This document shows, piece by piece, positions 36,112-50,369 of a stretch of 64,000 bases of DNA. The notes under the pieces are model-generated. The model saw only the letters and a program-made list of their open reading frames with translations. It made no database searches and had not been told where the DNA came from. Made by a program: the position numbers and the translations under genes. The DNA lies in assembly GCA_003344405.1 (NCBI GenBank), contig NOWV01000186.1:62001-126000 (forward strand), in the 5' to 3' direction. How positions within the stretch are numbered: the stretch's first letter is position 1; each line of letters starts with the position of its first letter. Source of the stretch: Trichoplax sp. H2. Lineage: Eukaryota.

Positions 36112-39100
36112 TTATTTATGGATACTTAATGCTCTACGTAAATCTTTTACTGTAGTCACGGTAAATTTGGAAGTGGTCGATAATTTTGGTCGACCTTCAT
36201 GATGACGAAGTAATTGTGAAGCAATAGAATCATCACATGTTAAATTATTGACTTCTAGCTTTCCCAGTGTATCATTCGGTGTTAGCACTTGACCATTTCC
36301 ATTACTAAAAGCAAGATGATAGGAAGAAATATCTTAAAGCCTGATAGATACAACCTAAGAATCCTTGCCTATAAGTTAACTAATGCGATATTTAAAAATA
36401 AATGAAAATTTACCTGAATTGACGATGTGTTCGATGAGAATGGGATGACTTGTCTGTTCTTATTTTTGTCTGATCTCCAGTATCCCCATTTGTCTTTCTA
36501 ATATTCACTTCACGCACAGATGCTCCGGTTGAGTCATTAGAAATATTTCGATAGGAGGCTGGTCTATGAGATGGTCTATAATTATATTTTTGGCCGGAAT
36601 CACGAGAATTGAGAGTTACATTCTAAAAAAGAAATAAGAAAAGTCGATTAGTTAGTGACCTAAAGTTATAAAATAGAGGTTAATGTGTTTGGTGTAGCAA
36701 ATCCTTGACAGTATGTGAAAATAATTATACCCTCGATCTACTGTGTAGTTCATTAGAACGATATGCTCTATTTTATAATGCAGAGTTAATCGTATTTTTA
36801 TTACCTTGACCATTGGATCTTTCTGTAGCTGGAGATCGACTGTCATTTTCCCATTTCGTCCAGCTGTAGCGGCACGATTACCAAATTCATTGCGGGTAGA
36901 GCGATTATTGCTTCCGTTTTTGATGTCTAGTAAATCTAGATCAATATTAAAAAGAACTAAAAATTTGTCTAATACCAAAAATTCAAATTAGAAGAGCTAT
37001 CCCTCTGTACTACGCTCATCATTCATATAATGCTAGTATGGCAACACCGAATAAAGCTGAGCAAGTGTTCATAACAACTTACCTCCATCGATCATTTCAT
37101 GTCGGGTATCTTCACCTCGCCGCAATGCAGGTGCACTCTTTCCTCGTAAGCAATGCGCTCCATAGGCGCTCAAGCTACGACTATAAGCAGTTGGAGGAAT
37201 TGTACTATGTTCTATTTGAGTTGGAATTTCTTGCACTGATAATACTGGTGGTGGCGGAACACTACATTACAGAAAGGAATGAAAGAGTTAAGGTTCGATT
37301 ATAGTTTATTCGAATCCATACTTTCAATATAAGTATTCCATTCTAGGTTATCACTTACTTCCGTAATAATGATTCAATATCTCCAAATGAATTTATATTA
37401 TGAATACGATTCGATTGCGGCCGTTGAGAGTTGCGATCTAGAGCTTTAAATATATACAGATAAGAAGCAATCAGTAATTAAAAATCATTTGCATTTACTA
37501 GTAAGAAGATAGCGCCTATCATTATTCATTAGCCAGAAAAAATACTAAATAGTGACTACGTTAGTATTGCAAGTAACTACCATCTAAAACAGCCCACTGT
37601 CTAGAAAATGAACGTCGACTCGTATCATAAGGATAGAGCATGAACTTGTAATCAAATTATAACCTTCAACTACTCAAATTACTTTAATTAATCGGTCTAA
37701 CAAATTAACGTAAAATAATATTTCAATAATATTCTTCACGGTAGTGTAACAAATAAATTCATTTATCAATCTACCATCGCGGCTCAAAAACAAAATATCC
37801 TGTTGATTGAAAATTTCTTAAGATAGAATGATTAAAGACTGTATATAAATATTCTCTAATAACATTGGTACAGCATATTATTCTAAATTGTATCTTGATT
37901 ATTATTATAAAGTAAAGTGTACCATAAGTAGGCTGCACATCTAGTTCGTTATAGTTTAAAATAGATACTAGATACTTATTATCAAGGTGGAGTTTTTAAG
38001 AAATGAGATAACTTCATAAATTGCAAAGAGATTATAAATATCATATGACGATAATGAATTCTTAATCCTCAAATAGTTATTAATAGTTATTGCCTTACGT
38101 CCACTATTAATTTACAAAATCGATATTGCAATAAAAATATCATGATCTGTTCCTAATAAGGTATGATTAGAGATATCACAATTGTCAAGCCAAACCAACA
38201 TTAATCGACTGAGAAAAGCAAAACGGTTATTCTATATACCTTTATTTTGTTTTATTCTTGATTGAGCAGGTAGTTTTAAATTCTGTAATTCCTAGCAAAT
38301 AATGGTTGAGTTATCAAGTAAAATGATAATTCATAACGTTTAGCAATTTTGAATAATGAATTAGAAATAAATTAATTTATGTGTTTACTCTCTTAGCGGC
38401 TCGTTCCTCCAAACGCTCTTGTATATAAATGGGAACACCATCCGGTTTTCTATCACTTTTACCGTTTTCTCTTCTGAAAACAAATCTCTGAAAAAAATTA
38501 TATCCGAAAATTTTCTCATCTTAATAATGTTTACATAAAGTTAATTAATTATTCAACTTCACAAATGAGATCTTTAGTTGGCAGTGAGCGCTTTAAAATC
38601 TTATTAGACCAGTATTTACTTTTAATTTTCCATTATGTCCATTGGAAGGTTTAAATTCTATCGCTACGAGTTTTGTACTTTCAGTTGAGTCATTCTGAAT
38701 TAATTTTCATGTTAGACGTTAAATAGAATTCAATCATTTCTACTAATTCAATTTGATTATAAAATATTAAACCTTTTGGCGCATCATCGGATCTGCTGTA
38801 TAAGGCCTAGTTTGAGAGTGTTGGTTTCGCCTTTGGCTTCGCTCTTTTCTACTACGTAACTTCTTAACCTTCATAGAAATTAAAATCAGTTAGCGTAATA
38901 TACGACTAACTTTCTATACTTTAAAGGGATATATATTAATTATTTTCTACATTTGTACGAGATTGAGACGCTATCCACGATTTTTGCTCTAAAATACCTT
39001 TTTTCCGTCGGAGACAACTAAATTGACAATGGAACCATCCGATAGTGAGCTATTTGAGCCTTCAGTGCTAATTAATGATTTAAAATTTGAAATTAATGAT

Positions 39101-42100
39101 TGCATTTCTTATCCTAAACTAACATAATTACTTTTACAACACCAGCGTATAAATGATATCCGCCAATATTGAGACAACTTTACTCTAATATCTAAAGCAG
39201 CCAATTATAAAATTAATGTTAATTAAATCCTTCCACTTACTCAGATTCGACTTCGGATAGATATTTCCTGACAATTTTTTCGTTTAAATCGGTATGTCTG
39301 CCTTTATCTCTGAACTTTTGCATTAATTTCTCTTTAATATCATCCACTAGGTCGCAATAAATGGTTTGAACCTTAATTATTAAAATTGTAGAAATGGCAA
39401 ACTATTAGTTTTCGAAGCCTTAGTTTTTAATCTCATGGTAGCCAGCCTCTTATTATGGATATTTTTTAGTACTTCAGTTTAAATTAAGATATAGAGCAAA
39501 ATGGGAGTTACTAGTCTTACACTCTATCTTCTAATCATAAAAGTAAACAATATTTTTACTAACTCCACTTTGTGAATGCAGATCCACATCAAATTAATGA
39601 ACTTAAAATCTTATAGAGATAAGTTTATTAAAAGCGTCCATGTACCAGCACTATTACTTTAATATATCTACCCTAAATCTTACTTCAATCTTGTAGAATT
39701 TAGTTTCATGTGAAGATATTGTAATTTAGTAATTTTAAGAATAAATTTTTTATAGAATCATTACAGATAGATGGAAGATTAACTCAAGAATTACATTGCA
39801 TCATATTTGTTACCTTAGAATTATCCGGATCGCAGTAATCCAATACGGTATCACATAGAGCTGTTCCTAATGATTCAAAGTCCAGCGTTGTAAATTGAGT
39901 ACCTGATTTTCGACCTAATGTTGATCCACAAAAGGAAGTCTAGATCGAAATAGGACATCTATTAGACGAATTTAAGCATATGGAAATGTCCATCTTATCC
40001 ATGATACTAATTTTAAATAAATTAGAATCAAGATGGAAATATCTGATTTAAAAATTGAAGTATGTAATGCTTAGGGGACTGTACAATTTGATAAAATAAA
40101 GGAATAAAAAACTAATCGTAATTGTAAACTCTTCTCTTTATCCAGGGTATTCAAATTCATCTAAATATGCTAATAGAACTGCAAAGTTTTAGCCATACCT
40201 CGTATGTAAAACTATTCATAATGCCTAGCCGCCACATTGTCACACGAGCTGTTCCCTCCTAGAATGGAACAGATAAGATTATTGATAATGCTGAGTCAAT
40301 AAAGATATAAATGGGCTAAGTAGCAATTTGTAATTTATACGAAACAGTAGCAGTTAAGTTACCTTATATTTTTGTACTTTAAATTTGCAGCTTCGAAAAG
40401 AGAACTACAATATCAAGCAGGATGGAACATTGTTGACTATTAGTCGAATAATTCGTTACAAATAATACGACAAGGATGAATTACAAGAATTAAACGAAAA
40501 CGTTATTCTATAAAAGTTTTTACGTTGTATAGCGATGGATTTTAACTGAGTTTTTACGGGAAAAATCATGTTTAATAAAATGACGATACTCTGTAATTCG
40601 TTGCTTGAGATCAAGTATCGATCCCAGTTTGAGCTTTATTTCAGAAGCTGCAACTACAGATTACTATATTGAATGTATTCCAGTATAATATTCCAGTATA
40701 ATATGGATCACATGTTAATATCATTAAAAGCTACGGATAAGTTATATAAAATAACAAGAACTAAAACACATTTATCCATCAGACAATCCCATAATGATAG
40801 AAAATAGAATTACTAAAACTCTCAAAAGATTGATTTAATGTCTAACGGAATCATGAAGATAATTGAAGCATACCAAATCTTTAGCATTTTTCGACATCAT
40901 GGATGGAAATATTCGTTCCTTCAACCATCGTTCATGACTTAGCCTACAGTCAATGAGTAAATTCAATTTAAATAAATTAAAACAGTGATTGCCAATTCTA
41001 TCTTGCATTCTCTAAGATTAAGCATTACATTGATTGTACGATATTAATAAATATACTAAAGTTTTCTAGACATAGAATTTGTGTCTCTAAGTTAATCAAT
41101 TTCAAGCATTATAAAAATTTGATGTAACAGGAAATGATACCACTGTATTGTGCTACAATTTTGTCCTAAATTATTATACCCGTTTTCACATCCGTATATA
41201 AAGGAATTTTGCTTCTTACTGTGTCCATGTAAATCGCAATATAATATAATCTCTCGTTCTTTTAATAGCCTATAATAAGACATTGATTATGTTATCATCG
41301 TTTTATAAATTACTGTAAAAAGATATCTAAAAGCTCAACTATAGAGATATAATGTAGTAGAATTAGGAATACTTGGAGCGATACTTCGTATTTCTAAGCT
41401 AATTTAGTCCATTTTGCCCTTATATAATACATTATATTTCATAATCTTGCTCACTTTTGAACCAATTTTCGAATATGATATACTGGAGGATACGCCGAAG
41501 CTAAACTAGTGTTATAACTACGGTTTAGATCGCGGCCAATTAATGAACAACGGTAATTGCCGACAATAACACCATCAGGATTGATCATAGGAACAATTTT
41601 AAATATAAACATCTCTCGAAGTAGCTAAAAGTAAAAGAAACATCATGTTAGGTCCTAAAATGGATCAGTATTCTACTTCCGAATGACTGAAATTGTATAC
41701 CAGAGCATCATCCGTAGAGCCGGTAACATAGTCTAAAAATCCTTTCATAACCCAACTTGCGTTAGCTTCTCCTGGATGAACTCGAGCTGTTACTATTACA
41801 GTCCTTTTTGGCTATCAAGAAATAAAGAATATGTTAAAAATTCAGCTGTAGTACAGTATTAAAATGTTGGATAATCCATTTCTTATACAGTGAAGAAATC
41901 TTTTATCAATGCATTTTAATTTTTATCAAGTAATCTTACTTTGGCAAGAGAATTGGAAGAAGGTGAAGTTACTGTAACTACATAGACATGATTACCAGCG
42001 ATAGTTTGACATAAAATTCGTAATTTACAAAATTCTTTCTTATTTGGATCATTCATCAATTGTTGCAAGTATTGCTAATGAAAAAAAAAAATTGATTGAT

Positions 42101-45100
42101 ATGGTTCAAGCAATAATTTCAATTATCGCAGTTTTCGGAAATCGGTATACTTAATTCTTTATATAAACTAACCTGTAAATTGGAGTAAGTATATGGATAG
42201 CAATGAGCAAAGTAATAAGTATCCTCGGAATTATTAAATTGAATTTTCCAAGAGAGAGAGTAATAATTTCTATTTTTATATTTTCCTTCACGACTATGTA
42301 ATATCAAAATATGCAATTGTCAATTAAAATATTGACGAAAATGTTTTAAAATATCTTTTCCATCCAGAATATAAGGCTATTCTTAAATATTGTGTCCACC
42401 TTATTTCATTTTTATAGTAACGGATATCATAACCGCTACGAATCCAACCGACACCATCCCTACTCGCTTCTTCTTCAGAATACAGCAACGGCTGCATACC
42501 ATGATTATATAAGCTATCAGACTGAAATAATTGCGCAAAAATACCAATAGATTAAAATTATTCTTGTTTTGTAATTGAATGATCACGCAAAATCATCTTA
42601 GATAAGTAATATCGAAAGCTTTGCTCAAACTTCTCACCTTGGTTAAATTAATTATTGTAAAGGTATATTCTACTCCAGGGATCGCATTCTTGATGCGAAA
42701 ATAATACCATTGCGTGTGTTTATGTGTATATAAATCATTTCTTAATAATAATTCATATTCATATCGGCCCCTATAATTTAACATTTTGGCATAACATTAA
42801 ATGGAATTGAAAGAATGCAAGTGTTGATTGAATTGCTTACACTCTGACGGCTTTCTCTAAATTGCCGCTCTCAAATCTCGATTCAAATACTAAGGCGTCT
42901 TCTTTAACTGGCAGCTGTTGATCAGATGGTTTCATGACACTTCCTCCCACACTAGAGCGAATAAACTATGAGAAATAGCAAACAAAAACATTAATTTTGA
43001 CTGTTTCTAGTCTGATGAATAGACTTGCTATGAGATATTAAACATATAATATAATGAATATCTGACTAACATGTTTGAGTGTAGCTCCTGTTCGTACATA
43101 GTAGACAACATCGGCATCATTATCAAACATTTTTACTGGTTTATTGCCTTCCAAACGATGGTCTAGATAATAAAATCAAATGAAATTAATTAGTTAAAAC
43201 TGTAGACTTTTTTTACATCAAATAGCAGTAAAGAGTGTTAGACTGTGTTACTACTGGAAATTTTACTTATGTAATATAGGAAATATTCAATACTGTAAGT
43301 ATATAATGTATAAAATATATAGCACGCAGCTAAGTATCACATTCATTGAAAGCTAACAAAAAATTTTTATACACCGTTAATCAATGATCAAGTAATCAAC
43401 TATAACGAGAATTTCTGTTAGAGAGCTATCTTTCGATTACAAGAGATCAAATAGAAATCTAATTGATTTCCAATTCATATCCTACTGTATAGCTAAAGTT
43501 AGCTTCAAAAGTATAATTAGATGAGGACTAATTGGATATTGAATCGACTCATATCACATATGTAAACTAATTGAACGGTTTAATTTTAGGCAATTTGAAT
43601 TATACTTTATAAAGTTCATTGGTAAGACGAAAAATCAAAAATAGAAATAATTAAACTAGATAAAAGCAAATTAATAGCACCTAGAAAAATTGACTGGATA
43701 CTTTTCAACTTACAGTTATCTCGCAGCTATTATCTAATTAAGTTTTATGACTAACCTCGATTATAATTATAAAATTTTTCTGGTATTTTAGTTACAGATT
43801 CAATATGTTTAGGTCCAGTTTCTATGACTTGAATCTCGGCAGGCCTGTGGGTTATTTATATACAAATTAATTAATATTCAAGCGATCATACTTTCTAATT
43901 ATTTGATGATTGAAAATGGCCACAACTTCATTATTATCTATGAATATTCTACATAGTAACAGGATTCATTCTATTCATCAGCATTAATAATATATAGTTA
44001 ACAAGATATAAAAATTAGTCATAAATTTTCACGTTCGCATTTGTTTCCTATATATTGTTACAAAATGTATAAAGAAATGACGGACAGTGAATCATGAATA
44101 TTTCATAAGTTTAGAGAAAACAAAATTACTCATATGACCAACTTTACTATTATAGAAACATATAACGGAAACTACGTACATCGTTATCGATTTAAAAAAC
44201 TCAATATAAATTAAAAAAGAGAATAGTTTATTAGTTAATATCTCTGATATTAGAATAGAAACTATTTTCAGCCAAGATCAACAAAGAGTTGACCTTTACT
44301 GTAAATCTACTATCATGGAAATTATGTACATCGTCTTTGAATTATAAATCTCAATATATAATAAAGAAGGAGACATTTATTCGATAACCTAAAGCACGGT
44401 ACTATTAAGCTAGCATAGCACAAATCAATTTACCATCGAGCAGGAGCGAAAAAACTACTTTCATCTACTCCAGTATAAAGATCTCTAGGTTCTCTCAATT
44501 TTCGAATCTAACAAATAGGAAAACGACAATAAAGATCACCATTTTATTAGTATCATATTGCGGTTTACTTGCCTACATAACTGATATTATCTTCTCATTT
44601 CGTATGTTTAATAGTAAACATGGCAGTATATTGAAACCTAGAGTAACTTTCTATTTCTAATTATTATCTCATATAACGTAGGAGAAATAATTAACTTACC
44701 ACTTTACCATCCTGATACGATAGCTCCAATTGTGTCGTTACTTTCTCATCTTTATTATCTACAAAACGGTGGCGTGAATGATTACATAGTTTGAACTATT
44801 AACGATAAGATTATCTCAAGTATGAATTATAGCAACTGACCTGATGGAGAGAAATCAGATTCGATATCTTCTTCGTCGAATTCAGGATCATCTGAAAGGC
44901 TAAGGTTATCAATGATCTCATTACTTAGGCCATCGTTATCCCATTTCTCATTTCCGGGAGAAAAAATACTTTGAATAATTCTCTCTGATTTATATAACAG
45001 ACAAGTAAAAGTTTACCTTCCAGTTTAATGAAGTCTATCACCAGAATAAACACAATTTTTTCATTATTATTTACTGCTAAGATGCAGAAAAACACTAAAC

Positions 45101-47348
45101 GGAGTCTAGTAAATACTAAACCCATTAAAAATCGAACTGAAAGAGATCACCTGTGTTACTATTGACTGCCATAGCGTACAACTAATTAAATTTTCTGCTG
45201 TTACCAATATTTATCATAGAAATTTACTATCTACTTATTTAAATATATACAGTATAATACCATCTTGTAGACAGAGAATGAGAAAAAAGATGGCAAAATG
45301 GCATTGTCTAAATTAATTGATTAATTAATTAAAACAATTCAAATCACCTGCTGTATGAAAATCGTAACCTTCTGCACACTTTTTCATAAAATATTTATAA
45401 GGAGTCTATAATTTAAGATGGAAATAAGCCATACTTAGTATACAATGCGAATTTGTTTTATGTTTGTTAAGGGTATCAAGTACGACTATGGCGAAAAATT
45501 ATTAGTGTTTTAGCTGTTGATACCAGCAGCTGTTACTGTGATAGAAAGAAAAGTATGTTTTAGGTTATTTGATCGAGTTTTAATCAGTAACTAGTTATGG
45601 TCATATATTGTAACTCACGTTCTATCATAAAATAAATGTATAGAATTCATCTTATAGTACGTTTAACCCTTTTTGCTAGATATTGGCGTATATAACGATT
45701 AGAAGGTAAAGCTTGTTTAGTTCTATTTGATTAATTCGGTTTATAACTAATTATTGTAGTATAAGACTATCTTTGATGAATCTTGTGCCGATGAAAGATA
45801 AATATGCCTCTCCTACAACTTTCCCCATTTGTTCAAGTATAACAGTTATTCGAAAAAACTACGTGTTAACTTTGTTTAATCGGCCACGGGCGATAGTTGA
45901 TTGTTGTAGCATTAAGATATTGCCAATTCATCTTCTGTATACGACACTGAGGAATAGATCTTATCATAACCTATCAGCTTTAGCCTATTCTCTTCTGGAT
46001 ATTCATGATTGCAGTAGCTAAAAATTAGCAACATTAAACCGAAAGTACTGCAATTTCTAGGAGATAGGATAGTTTGAAAAATGTATTACTTCTATAAATC
46101 ACTACATATTAGGAAGGTTCGAATGGAAGCTATTAGTATTCAAGAAATAGACCAAAAAGAAATTAAGGCGGTCAGCATCCGCATATTAGTAACGCTATAC
46201 CCAATTACATGTCAAGAAGATTTAAATCAAAACTGCTAATTTTCAAATAATAGACCAAAGAGAAGTTAAGGTGATCGGTTTCCCCATCTCAGCAATATCT
46301 TAGCTAAGATACTATTTCAAGAAGTAGATTAATAGGCACGGTATCTTAGATCTATCAGCATTCAATTTTTGCAATATTAAAACTGAAAACTAATGTGATT
46401 TCCAAGAAACAGGACAAGAACAATATTAACTTGACTAGATGAGTATTTTTAGCAATACTAAAATTAACGATACCAGTATGGTTCTCAAAAAGTAAGTCAT
46501 GACCCACAGCAGTCCCCTTAATATCCTCCTCTAGCAATATAAGGTAAAATGTCAACCGTATGTACGAATATTTTCAAATAGATCTAAAAATGTGCTTGGT
46601 ATCTACCTTCAACAATATTGAAATAAAATTCAAATTTTTCATAGGCATTAAATTAAAAGAGACGGTGTTGCACTGCTATATACTTTGGTAAATTCGAAAA
46701 TTTAAAAGACTTTGTCGTCAAAGTAGCTGCCAAAATTTTTTGTAATAAAGACAGAAAATTAATTAACTTGGATTTAAGGTACTGTACATTTGTCAAATCC
46801 CAACCGATTGAATTATCCATATAATGTTACAACCAATACATTCATAAATGAGATTCCACACCTTTGATTGATAAATTACAGTAAATGATCTAAACATGAT
46901 ATAAAATTAGACAAATCCAATGCTAATAAAGTTTCCTTAATGGGATTATTCAGAAATGAATAAACTAAAGTATTCATGCTGTTTGCTAAATTTAATCAGC
47001 AGTGGATTAAACTGGAAGTAAAGTAGCAGTAAACAATAATGACTTTCGTATAGAAATTAATTATTTTATAAACTCATAACGTCAGTTAGACTACATACAG
47101 TAAACTACTATTACCAAGGCAATACAAGCTTGGAAAGAGTCATTTTGATCTTTTTAAGCATATTTACCGCAAAACCAACTGACTAGTCTTAAAAACTACT
47201 TTATTGGCAGCACTAATCTTGATGTTGTTCGACAGTTTGATTGAATTAAGTCTGCACAATATTGATCAACTCCTATTTAATATCTCATCCTACGTACTAT
47301 CAAATTACGAACCAAAACAGATTCATCTTGATTCAATTCTTCATCCAT
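36112..47348 (-). CDS. Cytosolic carboxypeptidase (M14D, AGBL2/AGBL3 = CCP2/3-like tubulin deglutamylase), more than 20 short exons
   Basis: Spliced translation gives KLREPRDL...[22 protein letters not shown] (~42841-42893), [31 protein letters not shown], Zn-ligand ARVHPGE (~41770-41788), [53 protein letters not shown] and DYCDPD. A low-complexity C-terminal tail ends at TAA 36114-36112. The first coding exon (47348-47298, [17 protein letters not shown], phase-0 GTACGT donor joining TPYKYFM at 45405) is inferred. Confidence 0.9.
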
Positions 47349-47846
47349 TGCCTTTCAACGAATAGTAGTTGCCCTTAGCTGTAATGGACGACCGCTATGG
47401 GTTAAGTGGCCTGAATATGTTTCGCACAATGCGATAGGTAATGAAGGTTTGTCCAAATTGTTAACTACAGGAATGGCAAAGAATCTCAATGACAACCAAT
47501 CTGCATGATTATCCAAATGGTATTAATCCAACTGAAGTCCATTGAATTGTAAGATCTGGGTAGGCAGGAACAGTCTCGATTTCAGAATCAATCCAATTCT
47601 GATTCTATACTGATGTAATACGTTTGCAACAACTCTGACAATTGACTTTAATTCTTCTTGTTAGCAACTTATATTTTACTATTCAAGTATGCTATCATCT
47701 CCATACCTAGATGGACATTGGAAATGGGTAAATAACCTTTCAGTGCTTATTAAATCTCTGTTATGTTATACTAATAACTTAGACAGCAAGCTCTAGTGTA
47801 TAATGTCGATCATTGCAACGTACAGTATTTGCTTTCAGGAGAGTAG

Positions 47847-47924
47847 GTAACAATGGCAACGAGAATGGCATTACGCATGCACGGTCACAATTCTAAGGCC
47901 AAAGAACTCGGTTGTCATGGCAAT
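47847..47924. promoter_or_regulatory. Paired RFX X-box-like motifs upstream of the carboxypeptidase gene
   Basis: GTAACAATGGCAAC (47847-47860) and GTTGTCATGGCAAT (47911-47924) resemble the X-box GTTGCCATGGCAAC. They lie ~500-580 bp upstream of the inferred start codon. Confidence 0.55.
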
Positions 47925-48778
47925 ACGCTTGTTGCTAAATTCAAAAAATAGTATAATATCCTGCAGAGAAGACAATCATCAACAGTCTAAAGCTAGTTTA
48001 TTCATGCTCTTTTAATTGTAAGAGTATCGTTATAAAGCATTCATCATCTCTGGTCAAAGGATAGATTGTTTTTATGATGTATTGGTCTATTGGTCGCGGC
48101 AGACAATAATAGAAGGATCCAATTTTAACAATATTTTATATTGTAGGGAGATGATAAGGTAGCATTGATACTGAATTGCTATTGTCATCTAATCCTGCTA
48201 TAAAAATGGCCACAACTAACTGTTATAATAAGAAAGTCTATTATGAGAGTACGAAGTCATTGTATGGGGCTTGTAGAGTTTATTTCCTTTCTAGTAAAAC
48301 CGATATATTATGATTGAATACAATACAATTCTTAATTGCTATAGATACATATCGTCCCAGCATCAATGCAGTTGTATGACTTTGATTTATATTCTGATAA
48401 TCTTGTGAATGTTAATTAAATTAGTAAATTAATTTCTTGAATTCATACTACCTCGGTGTTACCGGTCCTAAAGCTAGTTTACGAGTATATTTATACCATA
48501 CCAAGGCCAAACTCCAAACTCTCTTATGTCAAGAGGAAATATCTAACGCGTTTTATCATGGAAACTTATACCTCATTTTAAAAATGGAAGATTGATTTTA
48601 TTTTATCAGTGCATATGCCGATTCACCTTCTAATAAAGGTCATTATTATTAGCTGAATGCAGGTTGAGTGAACTAAAACTTTCAATCACTCTTGCCTGTT
48701 TTACACAAATAAATTAGTAGGCTTATATTCAATAGCTCAAGTACATCCATCATTAAGGTTTTAATAGCGTTTATATTT

Positions 48779-50287
48779 TATGGAAAACGTTCTAAATGCT
48801 CCAACTTCTGGATATTTTCAGTAATTTCGGTAAATACATCGATGGTTGCTTGAAATTTCTGTAAGAGGCAATTTCTTGCTTCATCTTTTCTGTTTTATAC
48901 GGCATAAGAAATATGAATATAAAATTAATAACGATGGAATTGCCCCTTTGATCCCACTCTAATTTTATTTAATTAACAGGGTCATAAATTTAATTAAAAA
49001 TAGTAAAGCATGTCTGTTATATTGTCTACCATATTTTGTGCAAGCCATGTTCTCGCGACAAATCATTTCTGATATAGCGCCTAATTTTTGCAAACGCTGA
49101 TAATCTTTTTTATGATATTCTCGAAGATATTCAACGCTAATCCAATCAGATATATTACGTTCTGTAATTTTAAATTTATTTTGCTACAGTATTAGAGTAA
49201 GTTAGTAATTCATAGTAACGCTTAATACCAAGAAATTAAAGTCTGCTATCAGAAACTACGATTATATGTACCTGATCTTCAAGTATAAATTATAGAACTT
49301 ACCTAGTGTTTGAATAGAATCGATTAACTGCAGATAAATCTCCAAATTGTAAGTTTACGTTTTTAAGCATGTTATGGACTGAATTAAAGAATCGCCCCGA
49401 GGAGGAAAAAATCTAAAAAGAGCGAGTAGAAAATTTATCTGATCAGTGGCCCAATCCGATAACACTTCATTAAAAAAGTCCGTTACAACGATTATAGAAA
49501 TTAAGCGTTCTTTTTGGATTATTAATCAATAATGATATATTAAGGAATGAAATCGATGCTGAAGTTGAATTTAAAAGGAGAAAATACAATACCAAATTTA
49601 TTAGATAGGGGGTCTTGATTAGAGTGATTAATTGCCATGATATCTTTTTTATTTTAGATTACTTAATCGATAAAAAGGCTGTGTAACAGTAAATGGGATA
49701 TTTGGTTTTAACAAGAAAGACGCTCTATACCGATAATGACGATCAATAAGGTTTTAGTCAGGCGTAGCTTAGATTTAAGTACTCAATTAAGTTATATCAG
49801 AATAGAAATAAATATATCGAGAGAATGCCAAATTCAAATGACATTAGTACTGTCTACATTAGCTATGACTATCCCATATCCTAGTAAAACAGCAACGATT
49901 GTCTCAATTTTATTAACGCATGGTTGCAAAATGATATTTCGAATCTGAAGATGTAGACTTCTGTTCTTTGCTTCTTCCATGCAAGCTTGTAATATGTCTG
50001 AGAAACAAGCCAATGTTTACATAAATTACAATATAGGTACTTTACGATATTGTATCAAGACAAAGTGGCAGACTGACCTAGATCTCTTTCTACTATTGTC
50101 TTGCAATGATCTGGAATCCATTGGAAAACTTCCTCGATACCGATATGGAGAAATTTCACAATTGCATCTTCTTTACTACTACCATAATTGGCCTCAGTTA
50201 CTGCTACGTTTCTGTTTATGCTATGAATTGGAATCTCGGATTCGCAATGATAACTATATAAGATATTACTCGGAATAGCTGTTGAAT
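48779..50287 (-). pseudogene. Decaying 3' exons (4-8) of patatin copy 2, downstream of a premature stop
   Basis: Exons 50287-50078, 49997-49880, 49412-49303 and 49136-49030 align with copy 3 exons (YSTAIPSNIL vs YSTCITSNLL; IRNIILQPCVN vs IRNIILRPCVN; QFGDL; KLGAISEMICR vs KLGALTEVICR). The exon-5 donor reads AT instead of GT, and exon 6 is 110 nt versus 111 nt in copy 3. The terminal exon (~48890-48779) is tentative. Confidence 0.7.
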
Positions 50288-50369
50288 CTGTAAATTGTTG
50301 AATATATACGTTTCTTAAGGTCTAATTTAAATACTGATATCAATAAATCGCACAGTATATTAGCTTACA

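Noticed and set aside
49870..49880. U12-type AT-AC intron at the AT donor of patatin copy 2 exon 5
   Set aside because: The donor reads ATATGGGA, not ATATCCTT, and the downstream acceptor is AG. A mutated GT donor explains it better.
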